Shown piece after piece: positions 20,399 through 30,719 of a stretch of DNA of 64,000 nucleotides. A program made the translations under genes and the position numbers. The stretch is from Candidatus Doudnabacteria bacterium RIFCSPHIGHO2_01_FULL_46_24 (GTDB lineage: Bacteria > Patescibacteriota > Doudnabacteria > UBA920 > O2-02-FULL-48-8): contig MFEL01000018.1 of the NCBI GenBank assembly GCA_001777575.1, positions 8,264 through 72,263 of the forward strand, written 5' to 3'. How positions within the stretch are numbered: position 1 is the first letter of the stretch; the number at the start of each line of letters is the position of its first letter. The notes below the pieces were generated by a model. It searched no databases and was not told where the DNA came from. It saw nothing but the letters and a program-made list of their open reading frames with translations.

Positions 20399-20869
20399 TT
20401 AATCTTTAATCTCCCTTCCTACAACCACCTTAGCCGGGATGATTACTTTATCATGCAGCGTAAATCCTGGCTGGACTTCGCGAATTACTGTGTCGCCGTC
20501 ACCCTCTTGGTGCTCTACCGCTTCGTGCAAACTGTGGTCAAATTTCGCGCCAACCGTGGCGATCTTTTTTAAGCCCAGCTCTTCCATGGCTTTCTCCAGC
20601 TGCAAAATCGTGGCTTTCAAACCATCCAGCCAGTCCTTGTATTTCTCATCATTCGGCGCGAATTTCAAAACCTGTTCCAGGCTTTGCAGGGAAGGCAGTA
20701 ATCGAACCGCGGTCATCTCCTGGATCATGCTAAACAGCTCGGCTCGTTCCGCTTCCTTGCGCTTCTTGAAGTTATCCAAATCCGCCACTGCCCGCTTCCA
20801 GTTGTTGAGCAGCTCCTCGTTTTTGGCTTGCAATTCTTCTATTGTCGGTTGTACTTGTTCGTCTGGCAT
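20399..20869 (-). CDS. grpE: Nucleotide exchange factor GrpE
   Basis: 'KRAVADLDNFKKR', 'FDHSLHEAV', 'GFTLHDKVIIPAKVVV'. Confidence 0.95.
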   Translation of the reverse strand: MPDEQVQPTIEELQAKNEELLNNWKRAVADLDNFKKRKEAERAELFSMIQEMTAVRLLPSLQSLEQVLKFAPNDEKYKDWLDGLKATILQLEKAMEELGLKKIATVGAKFDHSLHEAVEHQEGDGDTVIREVQPGFTLHDKVIIPAKVVVGREIKD

Positions 20870-20955
20870 AAATTTCTACGTAGCCTGCCCGATTTATCGG
20901 GCTTCAAAGGGCTGACCCGCCTGCCTTCGCGAACGAAGTACGGCGGGCAGGTAAA

Positions 20956-21687
20956 TCAGCGGGCTACAATAAATAAAATTACCGCTGCCCCGCTTATCAA
21001 TTTCGACAAATATTCAAGCAAAGACTGGTTCTTGGCATAGCCCATCCTCTTCGGCCCGACAATGCCAATAATCCCTTTTTTGCCGCCTTTCATTTTGACC
21101 TTGGAAACCATCAGGCTTAAATTTTTTGGCACCGGCAAAGGAGATTCGCCGCCGATGAAGGTCTGGACTTTGGAGCCAGATTTCTTCATAAGCCTGCCCG
21201 CGTGCTCTTCAATATGGTCAAATAATTCTGCCACGGCTTTGGTGGTTTTGGAATCGCTAAGCTCTGGCTCTCCAACTAAGTGTGCCAGCCCGGCTGATGA
21301 AGCTTGATGCGGCATGAGCGCAAACGCGGCCTGGCCGGAGGTGTCGGCCAACAGATGCGAAAGCTTGCGGCCCAGCAATTCATGCTCGGCGCGAAGCTTG
21401 AGCAGTTCTTCCCGCAGCATCTTGCGCTCTTTTTCCGAAAGCTCAAACCGGAGCATGAGCTGGTTAACGAAAAACCGGTAGCCCTTGTCCGTGGGCACGC
21501 GGCCCGCGGACTTGTGCGGCTGAAAGATAAATCCGGCCTTTTCCAAATCCGCCATTTCGCTGCGGATCGTGGCTGAGGATTCCTGAAAGCGGTATTTGTC
21601 CACCAATTCCTTGGACCCCACCGGATTGGCCGTTTCCGAGTATTCCTTGACAATCGCCGCTAAAATTTTTTGCTGGCGCAGTTCCAT
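20956..21687 (-). CDS. hrcA: Heat-inducible transcription repressor HrcA (short form)
   Basis: 'PVGSKEL', 'SSATIRSEMADLE', 'SAGRVPTDKGYRFFV', 'GIVGPKRM.Y'. Confidence 0.95.
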   Translation of the reverse strand: MELRQQKILAAIVKEYSETANPVGSKELVDKYRFQESSATIRSEMADLEKAGFIFQPHKSAGRVPTDKGYRFFVNQLMLRFELSEKERKMLREELLKLRAEHELLGRKLSHLLADTSGQAAFALMPHQASSAGLAHLVGEPELSDSKTTKAVAELFDHIEEHAGRLMKKSGSKVQTFIGGESPLPVPKNLSLMVSKVKMKGGKKGIIGIVGPKRMGYAKNQSLLEYLSKLISGAAVILFIVAR

Positions 21688-21703
21688 GGTCTATCAACTA
21701 ACC

Positions 21704-21730
21704 TTAGCACTTAAGCGTAAAGAGTGCCAA
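21704..21730. promoter_or_regulatory. CIRCE operator
   Basis: TTAGCACTT-N9-GAGTGCCAA versus consensus TTAGCACTC-N9-GAGTGCTAA; lies between a minus-strand TTGACA-17-TATTAT promoter and the hrcA start. Confidence 0.92.
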
Positions 21731-21952
21731 TATAATACCCCTGGCACTCGGTCTTGTCAACCCAGTATATCAACGTCGATAATGGTTTTTGTATTTGCTT
21801 TTGCCTAAAATAAAAGATTATAAACAGAAGTCACGTCAATCTATAGATTATAGATTAATTATAAAAACCATTAAAAGTAACAACATCGACGTTGTATTAC
21901 TGGGTCAAGTGCCAAAAAAATCCGGCTTGCGCCGGATTCTAATTATAAAAAA

Positions 21953-22327
21953 CTATTCCGCAGCTTTGATATCAAGCAAGGTAAAGCCGTTAAGATCGCC
22001 GTCGATGGTCAGCTCAACTTCTTGGTCATACAGGCTGGAAAAATCGCGGGAGGACGTCAGGTAAATGACCCGGTCGGAATCATCTAGCTCCAGCATAAGG
22101 TTGCCGCGTTTTTTGTCATTGGACGCTCTTAAAACACCGCGCAGGGTTTTTCCCTCTTCGGGCTGGAGGGATTCCGAGCCATTCTCACCCGCTTGGTTTG
22201 ATGGCTGCTGCGCTTGTCCCGCCGGGCTTGCCGGCTCATTCTTTTTGCCCAAAAAACCGTCCTTGTTAGCATAAGCCAAAAAAGCCACAACCGCGATGAT
22301 AATAAGCCAAATCAATTTGTTTTTCAT
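21953..22327 (-). CDS. Hypothetical membrane-anchored/secreted protein
   Basis: N-terminal hydrophobic helix, P/Q/S linker, small beta-rich domain. Confidence 0.7.
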   Translation of the reverse strand: MKNKLIWLIIIAVVAFLAYANKDGFLGKKNEPASPAGQAQQPSNQAGENGSESLQPEEGKTLRGVLRASNDKKRGNLMLELDDSDRVIYLTSSRDFSSLYDQEVELTIDGDLNGFTLLDIKAAE

Positions 22328-22330
22328 GGT

Positions 22331-23848
22331 TTATTCACTAGAATTTGAGATATATTTTTTCAATTCAGATTGAGGAGGATTTGCAGCAAAAGGGCATGGA
22401 CAATCTGTTTTGTCTTTTTTATAAAATTTATACACACCATCCCAATCATAATAATAATACTTAGTCCAAAGTTGATCGGGCGCATTCAAGTAAGGGACCA
22501 AAAAATACGTGGCTACTTCAAGATTGTCGTCGGCCCCTAAATTCTTAAACTCGACTTTTTGATCTCTAAATGCAGGACTTATATCGCCATATTCACTTTC
22601 ATTGTATACAATGCGATAGCCGCTATATTCCCTTTTTAATAAATATTTAATTGAACCGTCAAAATATGGCCCAGAAATTATTATCTCACTTTGACCGTCA
22701 TTATCAATATCTAGGTAATTCACAGCAATGGTTTTATCCTTATCCAAAGCAAACCAATTTCCGGCATTATCATAATTTATGCCTAATTGTATTTTTTTAA
22801 ACCATAAGCCATCAAGCACAAGGGCATAAAATCTGTAATCTTTTGTGCTCTCAATATCCTCGAATGTAATATACGTTTTACCTTGATTGGCGGCTATCCA
22901 GCCAAAAACCAAACTGGGCATTACGAGCAAAAGAAAAATAATCATCCAAAGCTTGATCTTCTTCTTTTTTTCAAGCTTAAAACCATGAGTATAAATATCC
23001 CAAACACTATCAGTATACTGCTGCGTTCCAGGGCCGTATCCATGAACGGCTTGTTTCCAGCCGTTCCAATACCTTCTGCGGTCAGTGGTGATTCCTTGAG
23101 CTTTATGATAAAGCCATCTCACACCCCAATAAATGCTGTCTTTGGCTTTTTCGACTTTTGCGTCGTACTGTAAAAGTATCTGCTCGCCATCATGAATCCA
23201 ATATTCCGGCAGCTCGCCGCGCAATGTCTTCAAAGACGGATCGCCGGGGTTGCCAACCTGCATTATGTTAATCCCGGCGGTGGGATCGTTGCCAACCCGG
23301 CTTTCTTGATAAAGAATGGCTTTGACTAAATTCGGATCCAATAACTCCTTGGGCGGATCGGTATCTTTCGCAAACTCACCGTTCCAATAATTAACAACAT
23401 CCCGGATATCATTATCGTATTGATTGTAGTTTTCCTTGCCGTAATTCAAATATTGCATCAACCCATCATGTGCCTGGACTTGAAACGTCAAAGTAAATAT
23501 AGCTGTTGATTTTCGAAAAATTCTGTTCCATTCTCTAACCCTGACCTCGGTGGTGAATTCCTGAACAGTTTGATTTTGCGGATCAAACTGAATAAGGACG
23601 CTATTTTGCCCTGTGTCTTTGAACAAACGGTCTTTCTCAATGACTTTGACCTCTAGTTGAGCATTAAGGGGTTCGTTGACTGTAAAACCGGCTATTGCAT
23701 GGTTGATTTCTACTGTTGATCCGCGCGTGATAGTCTTATCAAAGGCAAAAAATCTACCCTGGATATCGGTTTCAATGCGAACGTCTCTGCCGATCGAGTC
23801 GCCTCCGTATTGGACTTTTTTCAATTTTATACTGATTGTTTTTGACAT
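22331..23848 (-). CDS. Multidomain protein with lysozyme-like (SLT) domain, internal TM and C-terminal beta domain
   Basis: 'LDPNLVKAILYQES', 'IMQV', 'SIYWGVRWL', 'AVHGYG'; TM after KKKKIK. Confidence 0.65.
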   Translation of the reverse strand: MSKTISIKLKKVQYGGDSIGRDVRIETDIQGRFFAFDKTITRGSTVEINHAIAGFTVNEPLNAQLEVKVIEKDRLFKDTGQNSVLIQFDPQNQTVQEFTTEVRVREWNRIFRKSTAIFTLTFQVQAHDGLMQYLNYGKENYNQYDNDIRDVVNYWNGEFAKDTDPPKELLDPNLVKAILYQESRVGNDPTAGINIMQVGNPGDPSLKTLRGELPEYWIHDGEQILLQYDAKVEKAKDSIYWGVRWLYHKAQGITTDRRRYWNGWKQAVHGYGPGTQQYTDSVWDIYTHGFKLEKKKKIKLWMIIFLLLVMPSLVFGWIAANQGKTYITFEDIESTKDYRFYALVLDGLWFKKIQLGINYDNAGNWFALDKDKTIAVNYLDIDNDGQSEIIISGPYFDGSIKYLLKREYSGYRIVYNESEYGDISPAFRDQKVEFKNLGADDNLEVATYFLVPYLNAPDQLWTKYYYYDWDGVYKFYKKDKTDCPCPFAANPPQSELKKYISNSSE

Positions 23849-23851
23849 TTT

Positions 23852-24118
23852 TTATTTCTTCATCACGCCTTTGGCGATATACTGCTTCATCAAGGCCTGG
23901 TAAGGAACATCCAGCTTGTTGGCCTCGACTTTCACTTGACTGATGATGTATTCGGGCAACCGGATGGAAATCGAGCGGGAAGTGGGCTTGAGATTGGGGA
24001 AAATAACATTTCGGGCCTTTGACCAATCCAGATATTCAGTCGAGTCGTGAGTATTCCAAAACTCAGCCTCTTCGTTTTCGGATTTAAATTTTGGGATTTT
24101 TTTAAATTTTTTCGCCAT
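23852..24118 (-). CDS. BrnA/CopG-like antitoxin (paralog of 9168-9437)
   Basis: 'PKFKSENEEAEFWNTHDSTEY...FPNLKPTS.SIS.R.P...DVPYQALMKQYIAKGV'. Confidence 0.85.
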   Translation of the reverse strand: MAKKFKKIPKFKSENEEAEFWNTHDSTEYLDWSKARNVIFPNLKPTSRSISIRLPEYIISQVKVEANKLDVPYQALMKQYIAKGVMKK

Positions 24119-24404
24119 AGTGATAGTTCCTTTCTTTTTTATTTGCGCTACGCGCAGAAATAATTCTAATTTTATTATTTCGTATTGTAAAAACTACAAG
24201 TAAAATTCTGCCTGCGTTAGTTGATCCCAATAACTTATAACGCTGTTCTGTCTTGCTGTGCGACTCATCAAAATTCACAATCTTTTCATTAAAAAACGGT
24301 TCCTCAGCTTCTTTCGGCGTCACTCCATGCTTAAATCTAATCTTGGTTTGATTATATTGATCCCATTCAAAATCTATTGGCTCTGAAATCTCGGGATCTT
24401 TCAT
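24102..24404 (-). CDS. BrnT-family toxin
   Basis: 'FEWDQYN..K...KHGV', 'HSKTEQRY', 'IRIISARSANKKER'. Confidence 0.9.
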   Translation of the reverse strand: MKDPEISEPIDFEWDQYNQTKIRFKHGVTPKEAEEPFFNEKIVNFDESHSKTEQRYKLLGSTNAGRILLVVFTIRNNKIRIISARSANKKERNYHYGEKI

Positions 24405-24472
24405 AAATCCATTGTATATGAGAAAAAATACATTGTCAAGATAGAAAAAAGGCCAGGCCTTGCGGTCTTGGC

Positions 24473-24643
24473 CTACTGGGCTTTGGCCACCCGGCGCAAA
24501 CGGATCAGGATATCCTGCAGCCGATCATAGCAGACCGGACAGCGGCCAAAATGCTTTTGCAGTTTGGCAGCCCGCTTGCCTTTAACGAGATAGCGGGCGT
24601 ATGCGACAAGTTCTTGGTCACACGGGTGGGCTCTCTTGGGCAT
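24473..24643 (-). CDS. Stand-alone zf-HC2 (anti-sigma zinc finger)-like small protein
   Basis: AAAGGAGG RBS; 'HP...L.AY' and 'HFGRCPVC' (HxxxCxxC). Confidence 0.65.
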   Translation of the reverse strand: MPKRAHPCDQELVAYARYLVKGKRAAKLQKHFGRCPVCYDRLQDILIRLRRVAKAQ

Positions 24644-24679
24644 AAATCCTCCTTTTGGTTTCTCGCCTGAATTGGCAAC

Positions 24680-24710
24680 ATCCGCCTTCGCTAAAGCTTC
24701 GGCGGACAAG
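24680..24710. repeat. Family B hairpin element, intergenic copy
   Basis: Reverse complement CTTGTCCGCCGAAGCTTTAGCGAAGGCGGAT nearly identical to 40381-40411. Confidence 0.8.
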
Positions 24711-24899
24711 AAAAACCCCTGCTAGCAGGGGCCGGAGAATTTTGGGTTTAAGCCAAACCTTACCAACCTCTGATAGCGAGAGGTTGGTTGTTGGAGTAAT
24801 TTTGAGCGATGAGTCTGCTTAACATAACTTCAGTTATTATACTTGCGAAAAAAAATCTGTCAAACTATCATGTACAAGTCACCCATCAAGGAGGAACTC

Positions 24900-25160
24900 A
24901 TGGTTTGCATCCCGCAGGCCAGCATGTGTCGGTGCCGAGAATCACCGCGAGATTGTGAACAATACTGCATGAAGTGTGGGGAGCCAAACCCAAACTTCAC
25001 CATGAAAGCTTACCGCAGGGAGCACCCCCACACCTCATTTGGCGCGGATTGCCGGAATCAACACTTTGGGTTGCTCGAAGCAATGAAGGACTTTCCTGAG
25101 AGCCCTTATTGCGCCGACTGCGGCTGGCAAGCCGAAGTTTCCAAGCCGCAAACTCCCTAG
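24900..25160 (+). CDS. Small Cys-rich (zinc-ribbon-like) hypothetical protein
   Basis: AAGGAGG RBS; 'YCMKCG', 'YCADCG'. Confidence 0.6.
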   Translation: MVCIPQASMCRCRESPRDCEQYCMKCGEPNPNFTMKAYRREHPHTSFGADCRNQHFGLLEAMKDFPESPYCADCGWQAEVSKPQTP

Positions 25161-25246
25161 CCGACACCAACCGCGGCTTTTTTCTTTTCCAAAAAAATAA
25201 GGCTAAAGCTTTGTGTTAAAAGCCCCAGCCTACTCATGCTAACGTG

Positions 25247-25486
25247 CTAGCATGATGTACTAATCTTCCTCCTCATTTCGAATCTCAGGCACATATCCAT
25301 CAACTGGCCGGACTTTTCAGCCAAGAGACGCGAACCGCGCTGGCGAAGATCGTACCGCCCTTCCCGAATCAGGATACTGATCGTCTCCACCGCGAGTTGA
25401 AACGCCTCGGGATCATTCTTCCACCAGTCAAGCGGGCTTGTCTTCGCCAACTTCAGTATTGCAGCCTCATCTTCTGTGTACTTCAT
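25247..25486 (-). CDS. Hypothetical protein
   Basis: GAGAGGAG RBS; coupled to the upstream orphan. Confidence 0.55.
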   Translation of the reverse strand: MKYTEDEAAILKLAKTSPLDWWKNDPEAFQLAVETISILIREGRYDLRQRGSRLLAEKSGQLMDMCLRFEMRRKISTSC

Positions 25487-25495
25487 ACTCCTCTC

Positions 25496-26770
25496 CTAAC
25501 AAGTCCCGGGTGGGAACTGCATGAGCCAGCACATGTTGGCAAGCGGCAGTTCTGGCACGCCTTCGGAGTACAGCTCGAGCGCTCGGCTGTGAATCCGGTT
25601 GCAGAAATCGCTGACGACTTCTGCGGCATCCGTATCCGTGACGGCGTTGAGATCGCCCGGAAATGGCAAGAACGTCCTGACCAAATACGAGGTCGCTTCT
25701 TCCAAACCGGGATAGCGGCGGAACTTGTCCCAGACTTGTCCCGCAGTGTCAGAGAAGAACGGAAATCCGGAATAGGGAATATCCGCGGTCTTGGGACGAG
25801 TGTACATGAGTGTGGCATAGTACGGAGTACCGGTGAGACGGCTCATGACATCCACCGCGCTATTCCACGCCGCTTCTTCCACCGGTGCCAGGAACAGCCG
25901 GAACCCGCACTTGCTAGAAAGGAACGTTTGCTCTGCCACCACCAGCGGCGTCACCCACGGGCTATACATCATGTAACGCTCGTAAGTCACGGCGCGTTTG
26001 ACCCGCCACTGCCCGTTTTCGTAGGCGCAGAAATTGGCCAGGGCGACCGAGAGGAACGAAACGAAACCGGGATCGCGCCAGACATCCAGTACGGTAAACA
26101 CTTGCGGAACGACTTTCGCCGGAAACTGCTCGGCAATCGCCCGCATGTAAGCATTGCGCTGACCCGCGATCTCGTAAACTCCGGAATCGGGTCCTTTCTG
26201 TTCGACCAGTGACCGGAGAAATCCCAGAAGTTCTTCCGCCGCTTTATCCACGGAACGGGAAGTCAGACTGATTCCTTCTTCACCCAACAGATTCACTACC
26301 CAGTACAGCGAAGCGTCGAGCACCGCGGTCTGAATCGGCCGCTTGTGGCGAGAAGTTGAAGCGACCAGGCTGTGCATGAAGGCGAAGAAGTCGAGGAGCA
26401 GGACCCACTCTCGCCAGTTCTTGCCGGCTGGGTTGTAGCTCACTCCTTTGTAGAGCGGCGGAACCAGCGAGGTCTCACCGTGCTCAAAAGCTTCAAAGCG
26501 GGAGCACAGAGCTCCCACGAGCACTGCTAGGTCGTTGACTGTCAGATCGAGGCCCACCGAAACTGCCCGGCGGTGCATCTCGATCAGCTCCCCCGTCACG
26601 GTTCCGATGGACGCCACTGCTCTGTTTCGTTCGAACACGTTCCTGATCGTTTTTCTGCGCCGGTTTTTGGGAGTGACACCACCGAGTGGCTCAAAAGACT
26701 CGATTAGAGCCAGGATCTCACCTGGCCCGCAATCAAACACCGTTGACTGCCCTTGCCCGCTGATATTCAT
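25496..26770 (-). CDS. Hypothetical protein, 424 aa orphan
   Basis: GGAGG RBS; long open frame; no family recognised. Confidence 0.7.
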   Translation of the reverse strand: MNISGQGQSTVFDCGPGEILALIESFEPLGGVTPKNRRRKTIRNVFERNRAVASIGTVTGELIEMHRRAVSVGLDLTVNDLAVLVGALCSRFEAFEHGETSLVPPLYKGVSYNPAGKNWREWVLLLDFFAFMHSLVASTSRHKRPIQTAVLDASLYWVVNLLGEEGISLTSRSVDKAAEELLGFLRSLVEQKGPDSGVYEIAGQRNAYMRAIAEQFPAKVVPQVFTVLDVWRDPGFVSFLSVALANFCAYENGQWRVKRAVTYERYMMYSPWVTPLVVAEQTFLSSKCGFRLFLAPVEEAAWNSAVDVMSRLTGTPYYATLMYTRPKTADIPYSGFPFFSDTAGQVWDKFRRYPGLEEATSYLVRTFLPFPGDLNAVTDTDAAEVVSDFCNRIHSRALELYSEGVPELPLANMCWLMQFPPGTC

Positions 26771-27022
26771 TTTGCCTCCATTTGAAACAACCCCTGCGGG
26801 CTTGACCCGTCAGACGGGTCTTGCAGGGATTTGTGAGAATCAGGATTTAAATACTTATTTTAATATGTATCTAATGCCAAACCTAACCAACCCCTTCAAG
26901 CGAGGAGTTGGAATGATGGCTAAGTTTTGAGAAAATATTTTGCATGTGCTCCATCCAGCACTTAATGCGGGATCTTAGTAAGATCCCCGATTACTTATCC
27001 TAATCCCTGCCTCGGGGATGGG

Positions 27023-27325
27023 CTAGGATTTAATCCTATTCAAAATCAACCTATACCCTCCCATGCCGTGCTTCAGCCAATGGGCTACCCTTGTAACTGT
27101 GGCCGTGGTAGTTTTGGCATCCCTAGCAATTTGCAAGTAGGGCTTGCGCTTCTTTTCATCAAGCATCCGGGCGATTTTGAAGCGGTTGGCAAACTCTCGA
27201 ATCTCTGCCAAAGTCAGCAGGTCGCGGAAAAAATCCTCGCATTCTGCCACTGTTTTGAGCTTCAACACAGCCTCAAACAGCTTGTCCGTGTCTTTATTGG
27301 TCCAACTACCCTCTCGTGCTAACAT
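27023..27325 (-). CDS. TrpR-related YerC/YecD family repressor
   Basis: 'LFEAVLKLKT..EC..FFRDLLT..EI.....R', 'TTATVTRVAHWL..G.GGY'. Confidence 0.92.
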   Translation of the reverse strand: MLAREGSWTNKDTDKLFEAVLKLKTVAECEDFFRDLLTLAEIREFANRFKIARMLDEKKRKPYLQIARDAKTTTATVTRVAHWLKHGMGGYRLILNRIKS

Positions 27326-27431
27326 GCTAGCATGTTATACTTGATCGGAAATAATGTCAAGGGCAATCGTCACTTTCAAATTATTTCTCCCCCTTTGGGG
27401 GAGATGTCCCGCTTAGGCGGAACAGAGAGGG

Positions 27432-30317
<2,886 letters not shown>

Positions 30318-30337
30318 GATTTTTGGATAAACCTATG

Positions 30338-30424
30338 TGTCATCCCGACCGAACTCAAAAAAATTACGTTAAGAGCGAGCAGAGGGATCCCTCGACTTCG
30401 CTAATCGCTTCGTTCGAAATGACA
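30338..30424. repeat. REP-like long imperfect palindrome upstream of uvrA
   Basis: TGTCATCCCGACCGAA...TTCGTTCGAAATGACA. Confidence 0.55.
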
Positions 30425-30546
30425 GGTTATGTATAGTCACTCTTGACTTCTTAAATTTCCCAACAAACTTTAGCCGTTTGGAAAAAACGGCTATTTAGAA
30501 CCCACGTAGTATATATAAAAAAAATCCCCGGCGCAAGAGGGCGGGG

Positions 30547-30660
30547 CTATGTGCTTTCGTCTTCCAAGGCTGGCTGGGATTCTTGCGCAGGCGCCATCAG
30601 GAGACGCATCTCATCTACCACATCACCGGGCACGTTCCTCGCCTGAAGTTCATCAGCCAT
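30547..30660 (-). CDS. 37-aa small protein (below the ORF-track cutoff)
   Basis: AGGAGG RBS, MADELQARNVPGDVVDEMRLLMAPAQESQPALEDEST*, then a GC hairpin and T-tract. Confidence 0.5.
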   Translation of the reverse strand: MADELQARNVPGDVVDEMRLLMAPAQESQPALEDEST

Positions 30661-30719
30661 GTGGATTTATCCTCCTGTTAACTCTCCTCACAACGAGGAA
30701 TTTTAAGTATAATACTCTC

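Noticed and set aside
25397-26212. 271-aa plus-strand ORF and similar long antisense ORFs (e.g. 18609-19355, 60734-61477, 3546-4007)
   Set aside because: They are shadows of better-supported genes on the opposite strand, with no RBS or family motifs.
24473-26931. Prophage or integrative element
   Set aside because: The region is orphan-rich, but no integrase, terminase, capsid or replication gene is recognisable.
30549-30719. N-terminal extension of uvrC given in the ORF track
   Set aside because: Homology begins at M30720; the extension overlaps a minus-strand small ORF with its own RBS and terminator.
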